NCBI GenBank assembly: GCA_052327205.1 | Contig: CM126204.1 | Span: 282,286,001-282,350,000 of the forward strand | DNA from: Somniosus microcephalus | Lineage: Eukaryota | Reading direction: 5' to 3' | Length of the DNA stretch: 64,000 bases | Part shown: one piece after another, positions 23,948 to 36,455 of the stretch | Layout of the letters: the number at the start of each line of letters is the position of its first letter | How positions within the stretch are numbered: the stretch's first letter is position 1 | The notes under the pieces: generated by a model | Databases searched by the model: none | Told to the model about the DNA's origin: nothing | Seen by the model: the letters and a program-made list of their open reading frames with translations, nothing else | Made by a program: the position numbers and the translations under genes

Positions 23948-24317
23948 ATCCGTTGGTCTCAGAAAAGCCAGAAAGATTTAAACGAGCACCATCAACAAAC
24001 AAAAGTCGTCAGCAGCTCCAGAGGGAAAGAGCGTTGCAACAGCAGTATAGCCACAGAACAATTGAGCACGATAGAGTTGCTTTTACCCTTCCAGAACAGC
24101 AACTGTCCAAACCCAAGATGAGACCTCCACAAGCCACAGAGACACCATCACCCGAGCCAGGGCCAAAGCAGGCCTTGCAAGTGACTGAAAAACAACCAAC
24201 TAAAACTGGAGTAAGCCACCAGAAAGAAACAGACAAACCTGGAGCCAAAGCATCGTTTACATTCCAGGATTCCTCAGTTAAAGAGTTATCGACAGAACAG
24301 ATCAAAGGGGTGGAATT
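23948..24317 (+). CDS. GORAB: GORAB coding exon 2
   Basis: Acceptor TTTGCAG; (D)PLVSEK...KSRQQLQRERAL...LPEQQLSKPK...KGVE(F); the frame of exon 3 requires the phase-2 donor TT|GTTAGT. Confidence 0.88.
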
Positions 24318-24474
24318 GTTAGTAAGTCTAGAAATAATTAAAAAAGAACCCTTGGAAACACTGGTCAGTTATTCAAGCTGCCATCTTAGCATTGGAGAGA
24401 GATTCTATGCAGCACATTCCTTGGAAGAGTAATCAATGGCATCAGAGTGAGACGGGATGCAAGCTTAATTTTCC

Positions 24475-24840
24475 AACATAGGAGCAGGAGTAGGCCATTC
24501 AGTCCCTCGAGCCTATTCTGCCTTTCAATTAGATCATGGCTGATCTGTATCTTGACTCCATTTGGTTCCATATATCCTTGCCTAACATATCTCAATCTTA
24601 GTTTTGAAATGTTGAATTGATCTAGCCTAAACAGCTTTTTGGGGGAAATTTCCAAACTTTTACCACCCTTTGCGTGAAAAAGTGCTTCCTGACTTCACCC
24701 TTGAACGCCCTAGTTCTAATTTTAAGGTTATGCCCCCTTGTTCTGGACTCTCCCACCAGAGGATATAGTTTCACACTATCTACCCTATCAAATCCTTTAA
24801 TCATAAACACTTCATTTAGATCACCCTGTAATCTTCTATG
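24475..24840 (-). mobile_element. CR1 LINE 3' end
   Basis: RRLQGDLNEVF..SRTRGHNLK..KHFFTQRVV plus 3' UTR aggctcgagggactgaatggcctactcctgctcctatg. Confidence 0.9.
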
Positions 24841-26599
24841 TGGGAAGAGAAAATTGGGATGGGGTTGTTGTTGGTCCCCATACCACTCTGGTGTACCTCT
24901 TGGCTCTGCATTGGTGGAGACCAAGGAGAAGGCCATTGCCACAGCAGCTGCATGGCCAAGGGAGGAATTTCAAAGTGAGAGTTTTCTGCTAATGTAATTT
25001 ACTGTGCACTCAGTTGTTGCAAAGTAATGTTGCCCTCGTGTCATTAAGAAGTGCTTCCTGAGATAAATGAAGAGAAGTACAATCGATATAATACTGATCT
25101 GAATCAGTCAGGATTAAACACATTTGTGACTAGCAATTTAAGTCCAGCCTTTTACTGTGCAGTAAATTTGTTCCATGTATAAAATACAATTGTACAGTGG
25201 TTTTGCTTGGGCCAATGCAATTTACTTGTAGTACTGTACAATTTGTTTATACAGTACTCCACAGTATATTGCTCTTATCTATTTTGAGTACAGTAGAAGT
25301 GTACTCTCCCTTCTTTCTCTCTGTCTCATCCGCCCCCCCCCCCCCCCGCCCAAGTCAGATTCTGAATATGTGGGGCCAACAGTGTTCCACTGCAGCTATC
25401 TGTAGATGGATATGAGTGTTTTGTTTTTGTATATTTTATTTCTTCCTTCAAACACTGGTAGATGTTCCTGAGCAAGCAGATGCTTGCATTATTTTTGTGC
25501 AGTTGTGAGAATGTTCCAAAATTGGTAGAAAACAACCATTACTTAATTAGAGCATTATCCTTTCTCAGACTTATTGACATTCTTGTTCTGAGAAGCCATA
25601 AGAATGGCTAGTATAACAAAAGGAAAAAGAAAACCAATACTGATATAGTAGGGAATTCTTTTTAAGATTCTACGGTTAAGGCACATTTGTGCACCAGGAG
25701 CTTTGCTTTGCTCTGCTCTGGATTGGATCTGGGATTTGTTGATGTAGATCATGGCTGCCCAAAGTGGAAAAGCATTTGTTTCATTCCCCAACATTGGCCA
25801 CTCTATTCCCTCAACAAAAAATCACCAAAAAAAGCTTCTGCCAGTGACACTGTAATATACATGCCTATTCATTGGCAACTCCCTGTCCCCTTCTAAGAGA
25901 ACTCTGCCCTGCTTGATACATCCCCAGTATAGCAAATTATTGGTCTCAGCAACTCTGATGAATAATAGGCACATAAGTCTACTTAGTTCAATGCTGTTTA
26001 ATTCATATTATATGAATAATTAAATTTTAGCATTAAATGCCCATTTTCCTGTTACTTAATTTGAATTATTGTTTAATTAATTCTTTGTTCAAAATATGAC
26101 TCGATTATCAGGCGTAGACTGCATTTGCATTATGCCACTCCAACATAACACATTGGTGCACCAGTCTGCTAATCTGTCAGCACCATGACTTCCAATAAAT
26201 CAATCAAAACTATTCAAAACCAAATAAACCACAAGTTGTTAAAGCTGTTAGCAGTCTCAGTTATTTAAATATTTTAATTGAGTGGGAGGTGGCACAAACT
26301 TACTTCTAAAGCAGTACCTGAACAGTTTGCAGTAAAAGCAAAAATGCTGGAAATACACAACAGGTCAGTCAACATCTGTTTATAAAAAAAAAAAGACAAG
26401 TGCTTGAATCTTCCCATGAACTTGAAGTGAAGTCATATTTGCAATTTTTTTTACTTTTCTATTTGACCAGTGCGCAATCTGTTGTTCAACATAGTAACGT
26501 TATTAGTGAGCTGCTGACTAAGTTAGCTCATAGAAACTAAAGGAAAAATCGATAAAATTGACTCTCTAGTGTTTCTTTAATGTGATTGTTTCTCCACAG

Positions 26600-26701
26600 T
26601 CGCGAGAGATCTCGTCTGGAACAGCTGCAGCTAGAACAGCGATTAATGGAAGAGAAGAATAAACGCAAGAAAGCACTTCTGTCAAAAGCCATTGCAGAAA
26701 G
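26600..26701 (+). CDS. GORAB: GORAB coding exon 3
   Basis: Acceptor TTTCTCCACAG; [33 protein letters not shown](R); donor AG|GTATGG; 102 nt, phase 2-2. Confidence 0.95.
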
Positions 26702-26879
26702 GTATGGAGTTTTGTTAACAGGAGGATAAGTTGACTCATTAAGTCAGCCCTCACTTGTTTTGGGGCTACTGTATACCTTCAGAGCTATTATCCGAAAAAG
26801 TTATTTCACACCAAACTTTGTGAGCCATTAGAAAGGTTAGATTTTCTCAAGTTGTCATATTTGTCCCATCAATTTGCAA

Positions 26880-27150
26880 ACTGGATGGCACTGGAGCACT
26901 GCCATTTGCCGGAGATGCCAGGTTAGCGAAAGAAAAACATTTGGTCACTATCCAGCAAACCCCCATGTTTGCACGATCTGGATCAGCCACAATTTTGTCC
27001 AGTCAGATAGCCTACCAGTTCTTTCAGTTAAGATTCATGAATAATGGCCACTTGGGTGAGGTATGGAAGGGAGATCAACAACTGTGAACATACCTCGGTG
27101 AAGGAGTCATTGCCTACCGAAGATTTTGGGGGGTGAGGGGGGAATTGAAA
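26880..27150 (+). mobile_element. Old tRNA-derived SINE copy (family also at 27830-28010 and 33200-33530, both minus)
   Basis: Shared segments such as ggtcactatccag/ggatagtgatca and catgaataatggccacttgggtgaggta; boundaries approximate. Confidence 0.5.
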
Positions 27151-27385
27151 AGAGAGAATGCATACCCAAGTTTATTTTACTTTGATCTAAAGAGGTGATG
27201 TTAATTGCATATTATACATTAACAAATTTAAGAATTTACATACGCATCAATCATTAAATATTCTTCAGCTACATCTAAAGTTTCTTAAAGTTTTAAGTTT
27301 AAATGGGTTCTTTTTAAAGTATGTTGTGGCAAGTTGTCAATGGCTATATGTCTTGTGCCGTTCTGACCAGTAATAATCATTCTAG

Positions 27386-27526
27386 GTCTAAACGAACCAT
27401 AGCAGAAACTGTGAAACTAAAGCAGATCCAAAATGAGCTTCAGACCTTGGATGACTTGTTATCGAGTGATGTTAACATCCTGCGGAATCGGATTGAACAG
27501 TCTAGCTGGGAATACCATCAGGCTAA
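27386..27526 (+). CDS. GORAB: GORAB coding exon 4
   Basis: Acceptor TTCTAG; [46 protein letters not shown](K); donor AA|GTAAGA; 141 nt. Confidence 0.95.
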
Positions 27527-27596
27527 GTAAGACTATGTATGCACTTTGAGGCACAATCCACTGCTTCTGTTCTAACCATCCAGACCCAACCAGTAG

Positions 27597-27690
27597 AAAA
27601 GAAATAAAAACAGAAAATGCTGGAAATACCCAGCAGGTCAGGCAGCATCTGTGGAGAGAGAAATAGAGTTAACGTTTCAGAACTGACGTC
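27597..27690 (-). repeat. Penelope-derived shark repeat fragment
   Basis: aaataaaaacagaaaatgctggaaatacccagcaggtcaggcagcatctgtggagagagaaatagagttaacgtttcag, near-identical to 35165-35242. Confidence 0.75.
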
Positions 27691-28964
27691 GTAGAAAAGA
27701 GTTACAGCCATTCTAATTAAAGAAATGCAAATGATGAATTCGGGGTATTCATTTATCTCACTCTCATTGAATTAGTATAATTGTAAAAGTTATAATAAAG
27801 TTTCATATGTGAACTTCATGGGCTATTTAACTGATCAGAGCTGATGCTGAGCACTGTTCAGGTACTTGTAGGAGTCATTGGATAGTGATCAAGAGTTGGA
27901 ATTCTGGCCAAATGTCCCCATCTCTAGCTGAGATCCTGAACCCAATTCAATCTTTGGCTGACATCAGCTAACTGCATGGATCACATTATGCATTTACCCA
28001 CTGAACCATCAGCAATTTGTTTTTGTTTTGTAATATATTTTTTTTAAAGTGGAGGTTGTTTTCAACTACTGTTGAATCCTGATTAATGTGTGATTTGCCA
28101 AGAAATTAACTATTTCTAAATTCTCATATCGTAATTGTATCAGTCAGTAATTCAACCTAAACATGACCAACAGAAAAAAGTTAAAACATTTTACCCTGCT
28201 GTGATTATAGGCTATTAAAATGGTTCACTGTCTCAAGTTGACATTTGTCTGTGGGCTATGTTGTGTGCTGCATCTTTTTTTAATAAAACATAATTGGGAA
28301 GCATTTTATGTTTGGATCAGAAGTTCTATAGAAATGGAAAGTTCTATATTGGAATTTAATGCTTGGATCAGGTATGAATTTACTATGAGGGTGACTGTAT
28401 TGGTCATGGAGCAAAAAAGAGTCTTTATAAACTTTGTCACCTGAGCATGTGCCATGTGTATATATCGCAAAATAAGAAACACCGTGCCTGTTCTGTGTGT
28501 GGGATTGAGACATGGGCTTGGACAAGACCCGAATGACATAATGTTAGCTTTAGCAACCAAAATGATCACTGTGGTTTTATAACAAATGAGGCTTGGATTT
28601 AACCATGTCACTAACAACCATGTTTAAAAAGATTTTGAAGTTAGAAAAGTTGTGCATTAATTCAGTGAAGGGAATAATTGCTGTGAACCAATTTACAGGC
28701 TTCACTGACTATTGAAACCAAAAGAAAACCTTGCTGGCACTTGCAAAGAATGGCATATTGTTGTGAATCTCATTGAAAGTAAGAAATGACAAGTTAATTG
28801 GTGCAGATAGTGCGTCCTATATCCCTCACTTTGCTTATATTTGCATAAATTCTTTTAAGCAGCAACAATGTGGGTAAGTCTTTACTGTTTCCCCTAACCA
28901 GAGATTTGAATTTCTTGAATAAGTCTGGAATCGGAAGTACAATTTTAAAATTTTTGAACAATGC

Positions 28965-29530
28965 CAAATTGGGGAGGTGCTAATACAAAGGAAGAATGTG
29001 ACAAAATACAGGAAGACATTAATAAACTTGCAGGATGGGTTTTTAATTGACAAATGAATTTCAAGATAGATAAGGTGGTGCATTTTGAGGTGGTGCATTT
29101 TGATAGGAAGAATAAGGAGGCCACATGCTGCCACATTTCTATAGGGATAGAATTCTCTGGAAAAGAGAAGGCAGAGGGAGTGATGAGGTCTTTTTAGATA
29201 ATGAAGGGTTTGATGGGATAGATGTAGAGCAAATATTTCCACTTGTGAGGGAGACCAAAACTAGAGGCCATAAATATAAGATAATCACTAATAAATCCAA
29301 TAGGGAATTTAGGAAAAACTTCTTTACCCAAAGAGTAGTGAGAATGTAGAACGTGCTACTACAAGGAGTAGTTGAGGTAAATAGCTTAGATGCATTTAAG
29401 GGGAAGCTAGATAAGCGCATGAGGGCGAAAGAAATAGAAGGATATGCTGGTAGGGTGGGAGGAGGCTCGTGTGGATCATAAACGCCGGCATAGACCAGTT
29501 GGGGCCAAATGACCTGTTTCTATGCTGTAG
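28965..29530 (+). mobile_element. CR1 LINE 3' fragment with internal deletion
   Basis: QEDINKL.GW..WQMNF, TRGHKYK..KNFFTQRVVRM; 3' UTR gaccagttggggccaaatgacctgtttctatgctgta. Confidence 0.85.
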
Positions 29531-30914
29531 GTGCAATGTAATTCAATTTTATTTACAATACTTTAAAGTGAAACATCCCCGCTCCTGTTTATCCTTACTG
29601 AGATTATTGCATTGTTTGTGCTGCTCTACTCAGTAAAATTTAATGCATGCTCCAAATACAGAGATTTTACAGTGCCATCAGCCAGAGCACTGGCACAATC
29701 TTGTTGTGACCTAGTGGAAGCTGTAGATTATTCAAACACTAAATTGGGATCTTCAGAGCATCGTAATAAAATAACTTTATACAGTAGTGGCACTAACTGC
29801 TGTGACTATAATGCTTAGTTGAGTGAAAAGATGTTGGTTCATCACTGCTCGTTCCCGATCTACACCACACCAAATAGGGAGATGTGTTTTTTTTTTAAAG
29901 TCACACCTCCAAAGCAGGTGGTCAAAGGGGTTACTGGCAGAGGTTTGCGAGCAAGCTAGTTACCTGCCACTTTGGCAACAGAGACATCAGTTCAGTTCTT
30001 CTGAATTTATATTGACAACATTTCAAATTTACAAGATTCGCAACCTACATTTATTTCAGGACTTTTTTTTTGATGGGTTGGGATCAGAAAAAGTGAGTTT
30101 GGCCTTCCAGCAATGTCTACTTGATGGGGCAGCCTCGGCTACTGATTGCAGTTTATTAAAAGCGGATACCCAGCTCACACTTGGACTTGAAACTTTTGAG
30201 AAGTAGTGTGTACAATCATCTTAGTGCAACAACAGTGGCAATTAAAACTGACAGGAGATTACAACAATTTATGTGCTACCTATCTTGGGTGGGGGTGCTG
30301 TTTTATTTCTGTGTTTGTAAAATAGGATTCCGTCTTAAGTTTACATTGCCCGCAATAGTGGTCTGTACTAATTCATTTTTGAACAAAAAGAAGTGTTCAT
30401 TTGGAAAGATTTTCAAGAATACAAAACATGTATGGTGCTGGACATGCAGTTCTTCAATACTGCTGAGTTTCTGACCTCGCCACATCACTGGAGAGTGGAG
30501 AAGAGTTCATTGAAAGGTAGGCATTGTCCCCTCCTGGATATAACCCAGTGAAGGCTAGGCATTGGTACACCAGCTAAGGCGGGGTGGGTGTGGCGGGGAG
30601 GGGGGTGGTGGGGGGGAAGAAAGAAAAAAGAAATCAGAGAAGTTAGCAGGCCACTTTTGTGCTTCTCATAGAGGCTGATAGTGGCAAAACTGGTGAGCTG
30701 CAAGCTGGTTCCCTACTACTTAGTTGCATTTTGGTATGACCTGAGGAGGAAGAACAAAGAGTTCCTCAGGAAAAAAAGTTGTTCCAAACTCTGTGCGTTG
30801 CATATTATATCTCTTTGCAGCTATTTTCATGACTTGAAGTGATATTTGCACAGTATAGCCTGCAGAGTGAACAACATTCATCTTGCTCATTGTATGTCCT
30901 TTCCCGGCCCTCAG

Positions 30915-31377
30915 GAAGAGATATGATAAGGCAGAAGTCGAATACGTTGCAGCAAAAATGAATCTGTACAAGAAGACTGAATTGAAGGAGCAGCTGACTG
31001 AGCATCTGTGCACCATAATCCAGCAGAATGAATTACGCAAAGCTAATAAGCTGGAGGAGCTGATGCAGCAACTGGAAATGGAGACGGATGAGGAGCGGCT
31101 GGAACTAGAGATTGAAGTGGACAATATGTTGCAGCAGCAGGAACCGGCCAAGGGGACCAATCAAACCAATCCAGGTGGTGAAGAATCAACACACAAAGCT
31201 ATTAAAGAGGGGGACAGCCAGAGTCACATAGTTAAACAGGTTGAAAAGGAAGCGGAGAGCCCTGCTGCTAATGACACAGGCGAAAATGATTCAAAGGACC
31301 CAGTTAAAACTCAAGAACCAGAGAACTTGAACCACAGAGTGCCTGAGAAGATTCAAACACCTATTGCAACAACTTGA
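30915..31377 (+). CDS. GORAB: GORAB coding exon 5 (to stop)
   Basis: Acceptor CCCTCAG; [14 protein letters not shown]...[29 protein letters not shown]; TGA 31375-31377. Exon lengths sum to 1134 nt (377 aa). Confidence 0.96.
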
Positions 31378-31828
31378 GTGTGTGTGTGTGACTGACAGAG
31401 TGTGTGTGTGACTGACAGAGTGTGTGTGTGACTGACAGAGTGTGTGTGTGACTGACAGAGTGTGTGTGTGACTGACAGAGTGTGTGTGTGACTGACAGAG
31501 TGTGTGTGTGACTGACAGAGTGTGTGTGTGACTGACAGAGTGTGTGTGTGACTGACAGAGTGTGTGTGTGACTGACAGAGTGTGTGTGGCAGAGTGTGAC
31601 TGTGTGTGGCAGAGTGTGTGGGTGTGACTGAGTGTGTGGGTGTGGGTGTGACTGAGTGTGTGGGTGTGGGTGTGACTGAGTGTGTGGGTGTGGGTGTGAC
31701 TGAGTGTGTGGGTGTGGGTGTGACTGAGTGTGTGGGTGTGGGTGTGACTGAGTGTGTGGGTGTGGGTGTGACTGAGGGTGTGGGTGTGACTGAGGGTGTG
31801 GGTGTGACTGAGGGTGTGGGTGTGACAG
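31376..31828. repeat. Compound TG-rich minisatellite in the GORAB 3' UTR
   Basis: Ten exact 20-mers TGTGTGTGTGACTGACAGAG (31381-31580), then ~6 24-mers and ~3 18-mers built on GGTGTGACTGAG. Confidence 0.97.
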
Positions 31829-33199
31829 TGATGTTGTGTTCCACAATGTGATCATCCATCTGTTGGCAAATGTAATCCATATCAATTATTTAAAAACAAC
31901 GACCAAAGAAGAGTTCAATCCTTGAACAAAATTTAGGTTTTGGGTGAAAGACAAATCACAAAATCAGTGAGATATTTTGGGCCTGAAGAGTGACCTGTAA
32001 CTTGAGGCACTTTACAAGTATTCTTCCATCACACTAGCTTTCTGTTAATTATAATATGTGCAATATAGTTGTTTCCCCAGGACCTCTTTACCAGACAAAA
32101 AGTTGAGGCTGGCTAAAGTTGCCTTGAGAACCTCTTAATTTTATGCAAGCTTTTTTTTTAAATGTTTGTATAAACAAGTATCATTGACATTTATCTCTGT
32201 TTAAATTTACTTTACTGTTACCTGTGACTAGTTTATAGGTTCACGTGAATTTTTTAATTTTATTTTTAAAAGCTTGAAGCTATAGTGGCTAATAGAGTTT
32301 GAAGATCAAATGATTGTACTCCTCTTTTGAGTAATTCTGGATTAATTGATTTATTTTTCATCCTGTCCATCATACACTTTCTCAAATTTTAACAATCAAG
32401 TTTGTTAATGTTTAAAATCATTGTCAGCAGTAGTGAGTCTTGTTACAGTAGTTACATTAATATACCAAGACCTAACTTAGTCTTGGCTTTGTACTGTAGA
32501 TTTTTTTTTTTATATAAGGCTCAAAAGATTGGGCATTATACAACCCTGTACCATAACCAACTCCGAAGGGAACTACAATGAGATAGGTATTTTAAAAAAT
32601 AAACTATTTACACACAAATTGGATAAATGCAAATTCTATAAATTAGATTCCACCAAAGTGTAAAAAAATCTTGTCCTTTTAAATAAAGTTAATTAAAAAT
32701 CTTGTGTTTGGTAATCAAACTGTTTGATTGTTAGATATTTAAGCCCACTCCTGTAACCCTCTTGGTAATACATTTAACACAAATGCTGTTGCCGCCATCG
32801 TTTGTTTTGACTGACTGCTGGACCAGTATGTGCTAACTTGCATATGTTTGTTCCTCCACCCCATTTATTGTTTGTTTCCATACACTTAACTGGATGTTAA
32901 CACTAAATATTTACCTATATTGATTGCAGAATGTATACATGATAATATGATGGATGTACACTAATTTTGAACTCTATTTGTTCATTCTGAGCTTGCTCAC
33001 TTTTTAAAAATGTATATTTTTGTATTTTTACATTACTCCATGGATACATTGATTCAAAATTGACCCATTTAAATGTATTTGTATGAAATGTAATCTGCAA
33101 TTACAAATCAATGGTTCTTGCATTCTAAAATGTGTATTATATTCTGCCGGTCTCAAAGTACAATTTTATTCATTCCCCCACCCCCTCCACCAAATAATT

Positions 33200-33530
33200 T
33201 TCTCTCTTCCTCTCCAGAAGGCACTGACTTTGGTTGGACTATGGTTCCATCAGTGCACTTTGGTACTTCACCCAATTGCCCATTGGTATTATTGGAACCC
33301 AGAGAGTGTTAACTGGTTATAAAATCATCACAGCCAAGCCTGATCCTGGTTTCATCAGATGTCCACCCGTAAGCATGCCTTCCAGTAAAGGTCAATGGAT
33401 ATGATCAGGAGCAGCAACCCTAGCTGATTCCCTCTCCCACCCCCGGCCAATAATTGCCTAGCCAAGAGAAGTTAAAGTCAATTGTAGTGACCCTATAAGA
33501 GCTGCTATTCATCAGACTAGAGGAAGCATT
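33200..33530 (-). mobile_element. Old tRNA-derived SINE copy
   Basis: Shares ggatatgatcaggagcagcaaccctagctgatt and neighbouring blocks with 26880-27150 and 27830-28010. Confidence 0.5.
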
Positions 33531-34589
33531 CTGTAGGTTTTTTTCTTAATAAAGTACAGGTAGGATGCAGTTATAAATGGTCTGCATCAGAAGCCCTGAT
33601 GAAATGCAAATGTTCTGAGGCATTACTAAAAGCAATGGCAATAGTATATTGACTTTTTTTTTTAAGTGGACACATTATGCTGTCTGTAAATTTTAAATTG
33701 GTCCTGTTTAAGGGGCCAGCGCTGTGAAATTTAAATAAACCCAACTGATGCATTAATATGTTTGCAACAAACACCTTTCAAATTTGAACTTGGAGTCAAG
33801 TGCTCAGCCACTTCAATTAGTGGGCTGCTAAACATTATTATTCCTCCTTTCTCCACCCACACACTGCTTTCACAAAGCTTTTTGGTTTGATGCCACCTTC
33901 TCCAGTTAAAAGGCCAGGCTCCAGTTTGATGGCCATTGCCACTTCTACCTAACAGAACAGAAGCTTACTTCATGTCAGTTGCCCAATCTCGCTCCTCCCC
34001 AGCATATGGATCTTCCTACTGTGAGGCAACCGTAGCAATATGACACAACAGGTACAAAACTAAAAAGGTTGATTTTAAAGACTGGTCTCGAGTGAGTAAA
34101 AAGTGCCGACTGATTGGGGATTTCAATTCCTCAGGATTTGTATGCATTTTTTAAGAAACCAATACATATTTGTGTGGGTGCCAATTGCAAATTTCATTTT
34201 ATTATATTCCAGGAATTCGCTAACATTTTATTTTCCATTGTCATTCCATGCCAAGAATTATTTTGCTCTCCTGATACTGCCCCCTTCTGGGGTCTCTGAG
34301 AAAATCACTCACTTGTTTTTATCACAAAGCCGCAACAGATCTTTGTTTTGTAAGCTTTATTATTCTTATAATTCTCTAGAATAATTGATTTTGCATGTTG
34401 ATCTTGGATCCGTTGTCTCCATTAAAGAGGTGTGAAAAGTGCATGATGTTTTCTTGGAACAACTTGCTAGCCTGCATTTGAACCAAAGACCATAAGGAAA
34501 AGGAAAGGAGAGAGAAGCAATCCGTAAACAAAATTCCCTACTGTAAAAATGTGGTCAAAGATTAGCAGATCTTTTTTCTATAATTGACC

Positions 34590-35130
34590 TTGATGGGACT
34601 GCCATCGCTGGGTTCTCCTCTTACCTATCTAATGATAGCCTCAATGGCTTCTCTATCCATGGCTCCCTCCTATTCCTTACCTGCATCCAGCTCTTTGCCA
34701 ACAATATCCACAGACGTGGGATCAGCTTCCACGTGTATGCTGATGACACCCAGCTCTACCTCTCCGCCATCTTTTTTGACGTCACCGCCACCTCTATTGT
34801 CAGACTGCTTGTCTCATCCATCTTGGACAAACCACGGTTTCCTGCAGCTAAACAGTGGGAAGACTGAAGCCATCATCTTTGGCCCTTGTCATTACCTCTG
34901 TACCCTTGCCACTGACTCCATCCCCAGCCCCTGTCTCCGGCTGAACCAGATTGTTCACAATCTTGTGAATCCTATTCAACTGCGAGCTGAGCTTTCAACC
35001 CATACAGTCTCCTTCACAAAAACTGCCTACTTCCACCTCTCTAACAATACCTACCACAGCCTTATGCTGCTGCAACTATCATCCATACCTTTATCACGTC
35101 CAACCTCCCATTCTCCATCCTCCATAAACT
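34590..35130 (+). mobile_element. L2 LINE RT fragment
   Basis: tatgctgatgacacccagctctac (YADDTQLY), FLQLNSGKTEAIIFGP, KTAYFHL. Confidence 0.85.
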
Positions 35131-35132
35131 TC

Positions 35133-35242
35133 AAGAGCAAAATACTGCGGATGTTGGAAATCTGAAATAAAAACAGAAACTGCTGGAAATACTCAGCAGG
35201 CCAGGCAGCACCTGTGGCGAGAGAAACAGAGTTAACGTTTCA
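35133..35242 (-). repeat. Penelope-derived repeat, split by the L2 insertion (continues 36454-36480)
   Basis: ...gagaaacagagttaacgtttca | L2 | ggtcgatgtcctttcgtcag. Confidence 0.75.
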
Positions 35243-36455
35243 ACAACAACTTGTATTTATATAGCGCCTTTAACAGTAAAACGTCCCAAGGCTGCAAAGG
35301 AGTATTTCAAGACACAAAATTTGACACCGAGCCAAATTAGGGCAGGTGATCAAAAGCTTGGTCCAAGAGCTAGGTTTTAAGGAGCGTCTTAAAGGAGGAA
35401 GGAGAGGTAGTGAGGCGGAGAGATTTAGGCAGGGGATTCCAGAGCTTAGTGCTTAGGCAACAGAAGGCACGGCCACCAAAGGTTGAGCGATTATAATCAG
35501 GGATGCTCAAGAGGGCAGAATTAGAGGAGTGCAGGTATCTCGGGGTTGGGGGGGGGGGTGGTGTGGGGCTCAAAGAGATTACAGAGATAGGGAGGGACGA
35601 GGCCATGGAGGGATTTGAAAACAAGGATGAGAATTTTGAAATCGAGGTGCTGCTCAACTGGGAGCCAATGTAGGTCTGAGCACAGGGGTGATGGGCGAAC
35701 GGGACTTGGTGCGAGTTAGGACACGGGCAGCTGAGTTTTGGATGACCTCAAGTTTACGTAGGGTGGAATGTGGGAGGCCAGCCAGGAGTGTGTTGGAATA
35801 GTCAAGTCTAGAGGTAACAAAGACATGGATGAGGGTTTCAGCAGCGGATGAGCTGAGGCAAGGGCGGAGACAGGCAATGTTCCGGAGGTGAAAATAGGCT
35901 GTCTTAGTTATGCTGCGGATATGTGGTCGCAAGTTCGTTTCAGGGCCAAATATGACACCAAGGTTATGAACAGTGTGGTTCAGCCTCGGACAGATGTTAG
36001 GGAGAGGGATGGAGTCAGTAGCTAAGGAACAGAGTTTGTGGCGAGGACCAAAAGCAATGGCTTTAATTGGAGAAAGTTTCTGCTCATCCAGAACTGGATG
36101 TCGGACGAGCAGTCTGACTGTGCAGGGGTCGAGAGAAGAGGTAGTGAGGTAGAGCTGGGTGTCATCAGCGTACGTGTGGAAACTGACGCTGTGTTTTTGG
36201 ATGATGTCGGCAAGGGGCAACATATAGATGAGAAATAGGAGGGGGCCAAGGATAGATCCTTGGGGGACACCAGAGGTAATGAGGCGGGAGCGGGAAGAGA
36301 AGCCGTGGCAGGTGATTCTCTGGCTACGATTAGATAAGAATGGAACGAGGCGAGTGCAGTCCCACCCAGCTGAACGACGGTGGAGATGTGTTGGAGACGG
36401 ATGGAGTGGTCAACCATGTCAAAGGCTGCAGACAAGTCAAGAAGGATGAGGAGGG
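35241..36455 (-). mobile_element. 5'-truncated L2 LINE with intact 3' tail
   Basis: DLSAAFDMVDH, GVPQGS, YADDTQLY, SRLDYSN, FKTLLKT; tail ggcgctatataaatacaag(ttg)n, shared with SacSINE1. Confidence 0.92.

Noticed and set aside
21420-24840. Inverted CR1 copies flanking GORAB exon 2 as a circRNA driver
   Set aside because: The copies belong to visibly divergent subfamilies; complementarity looks too low.
31353-31885. 174-175 aa Thr/Pro/His-rich ORFs, and a CRISPR-like look of the array
   Set aside because: Translations of the minisatellite; no unique spacers and a eukaryotic context.
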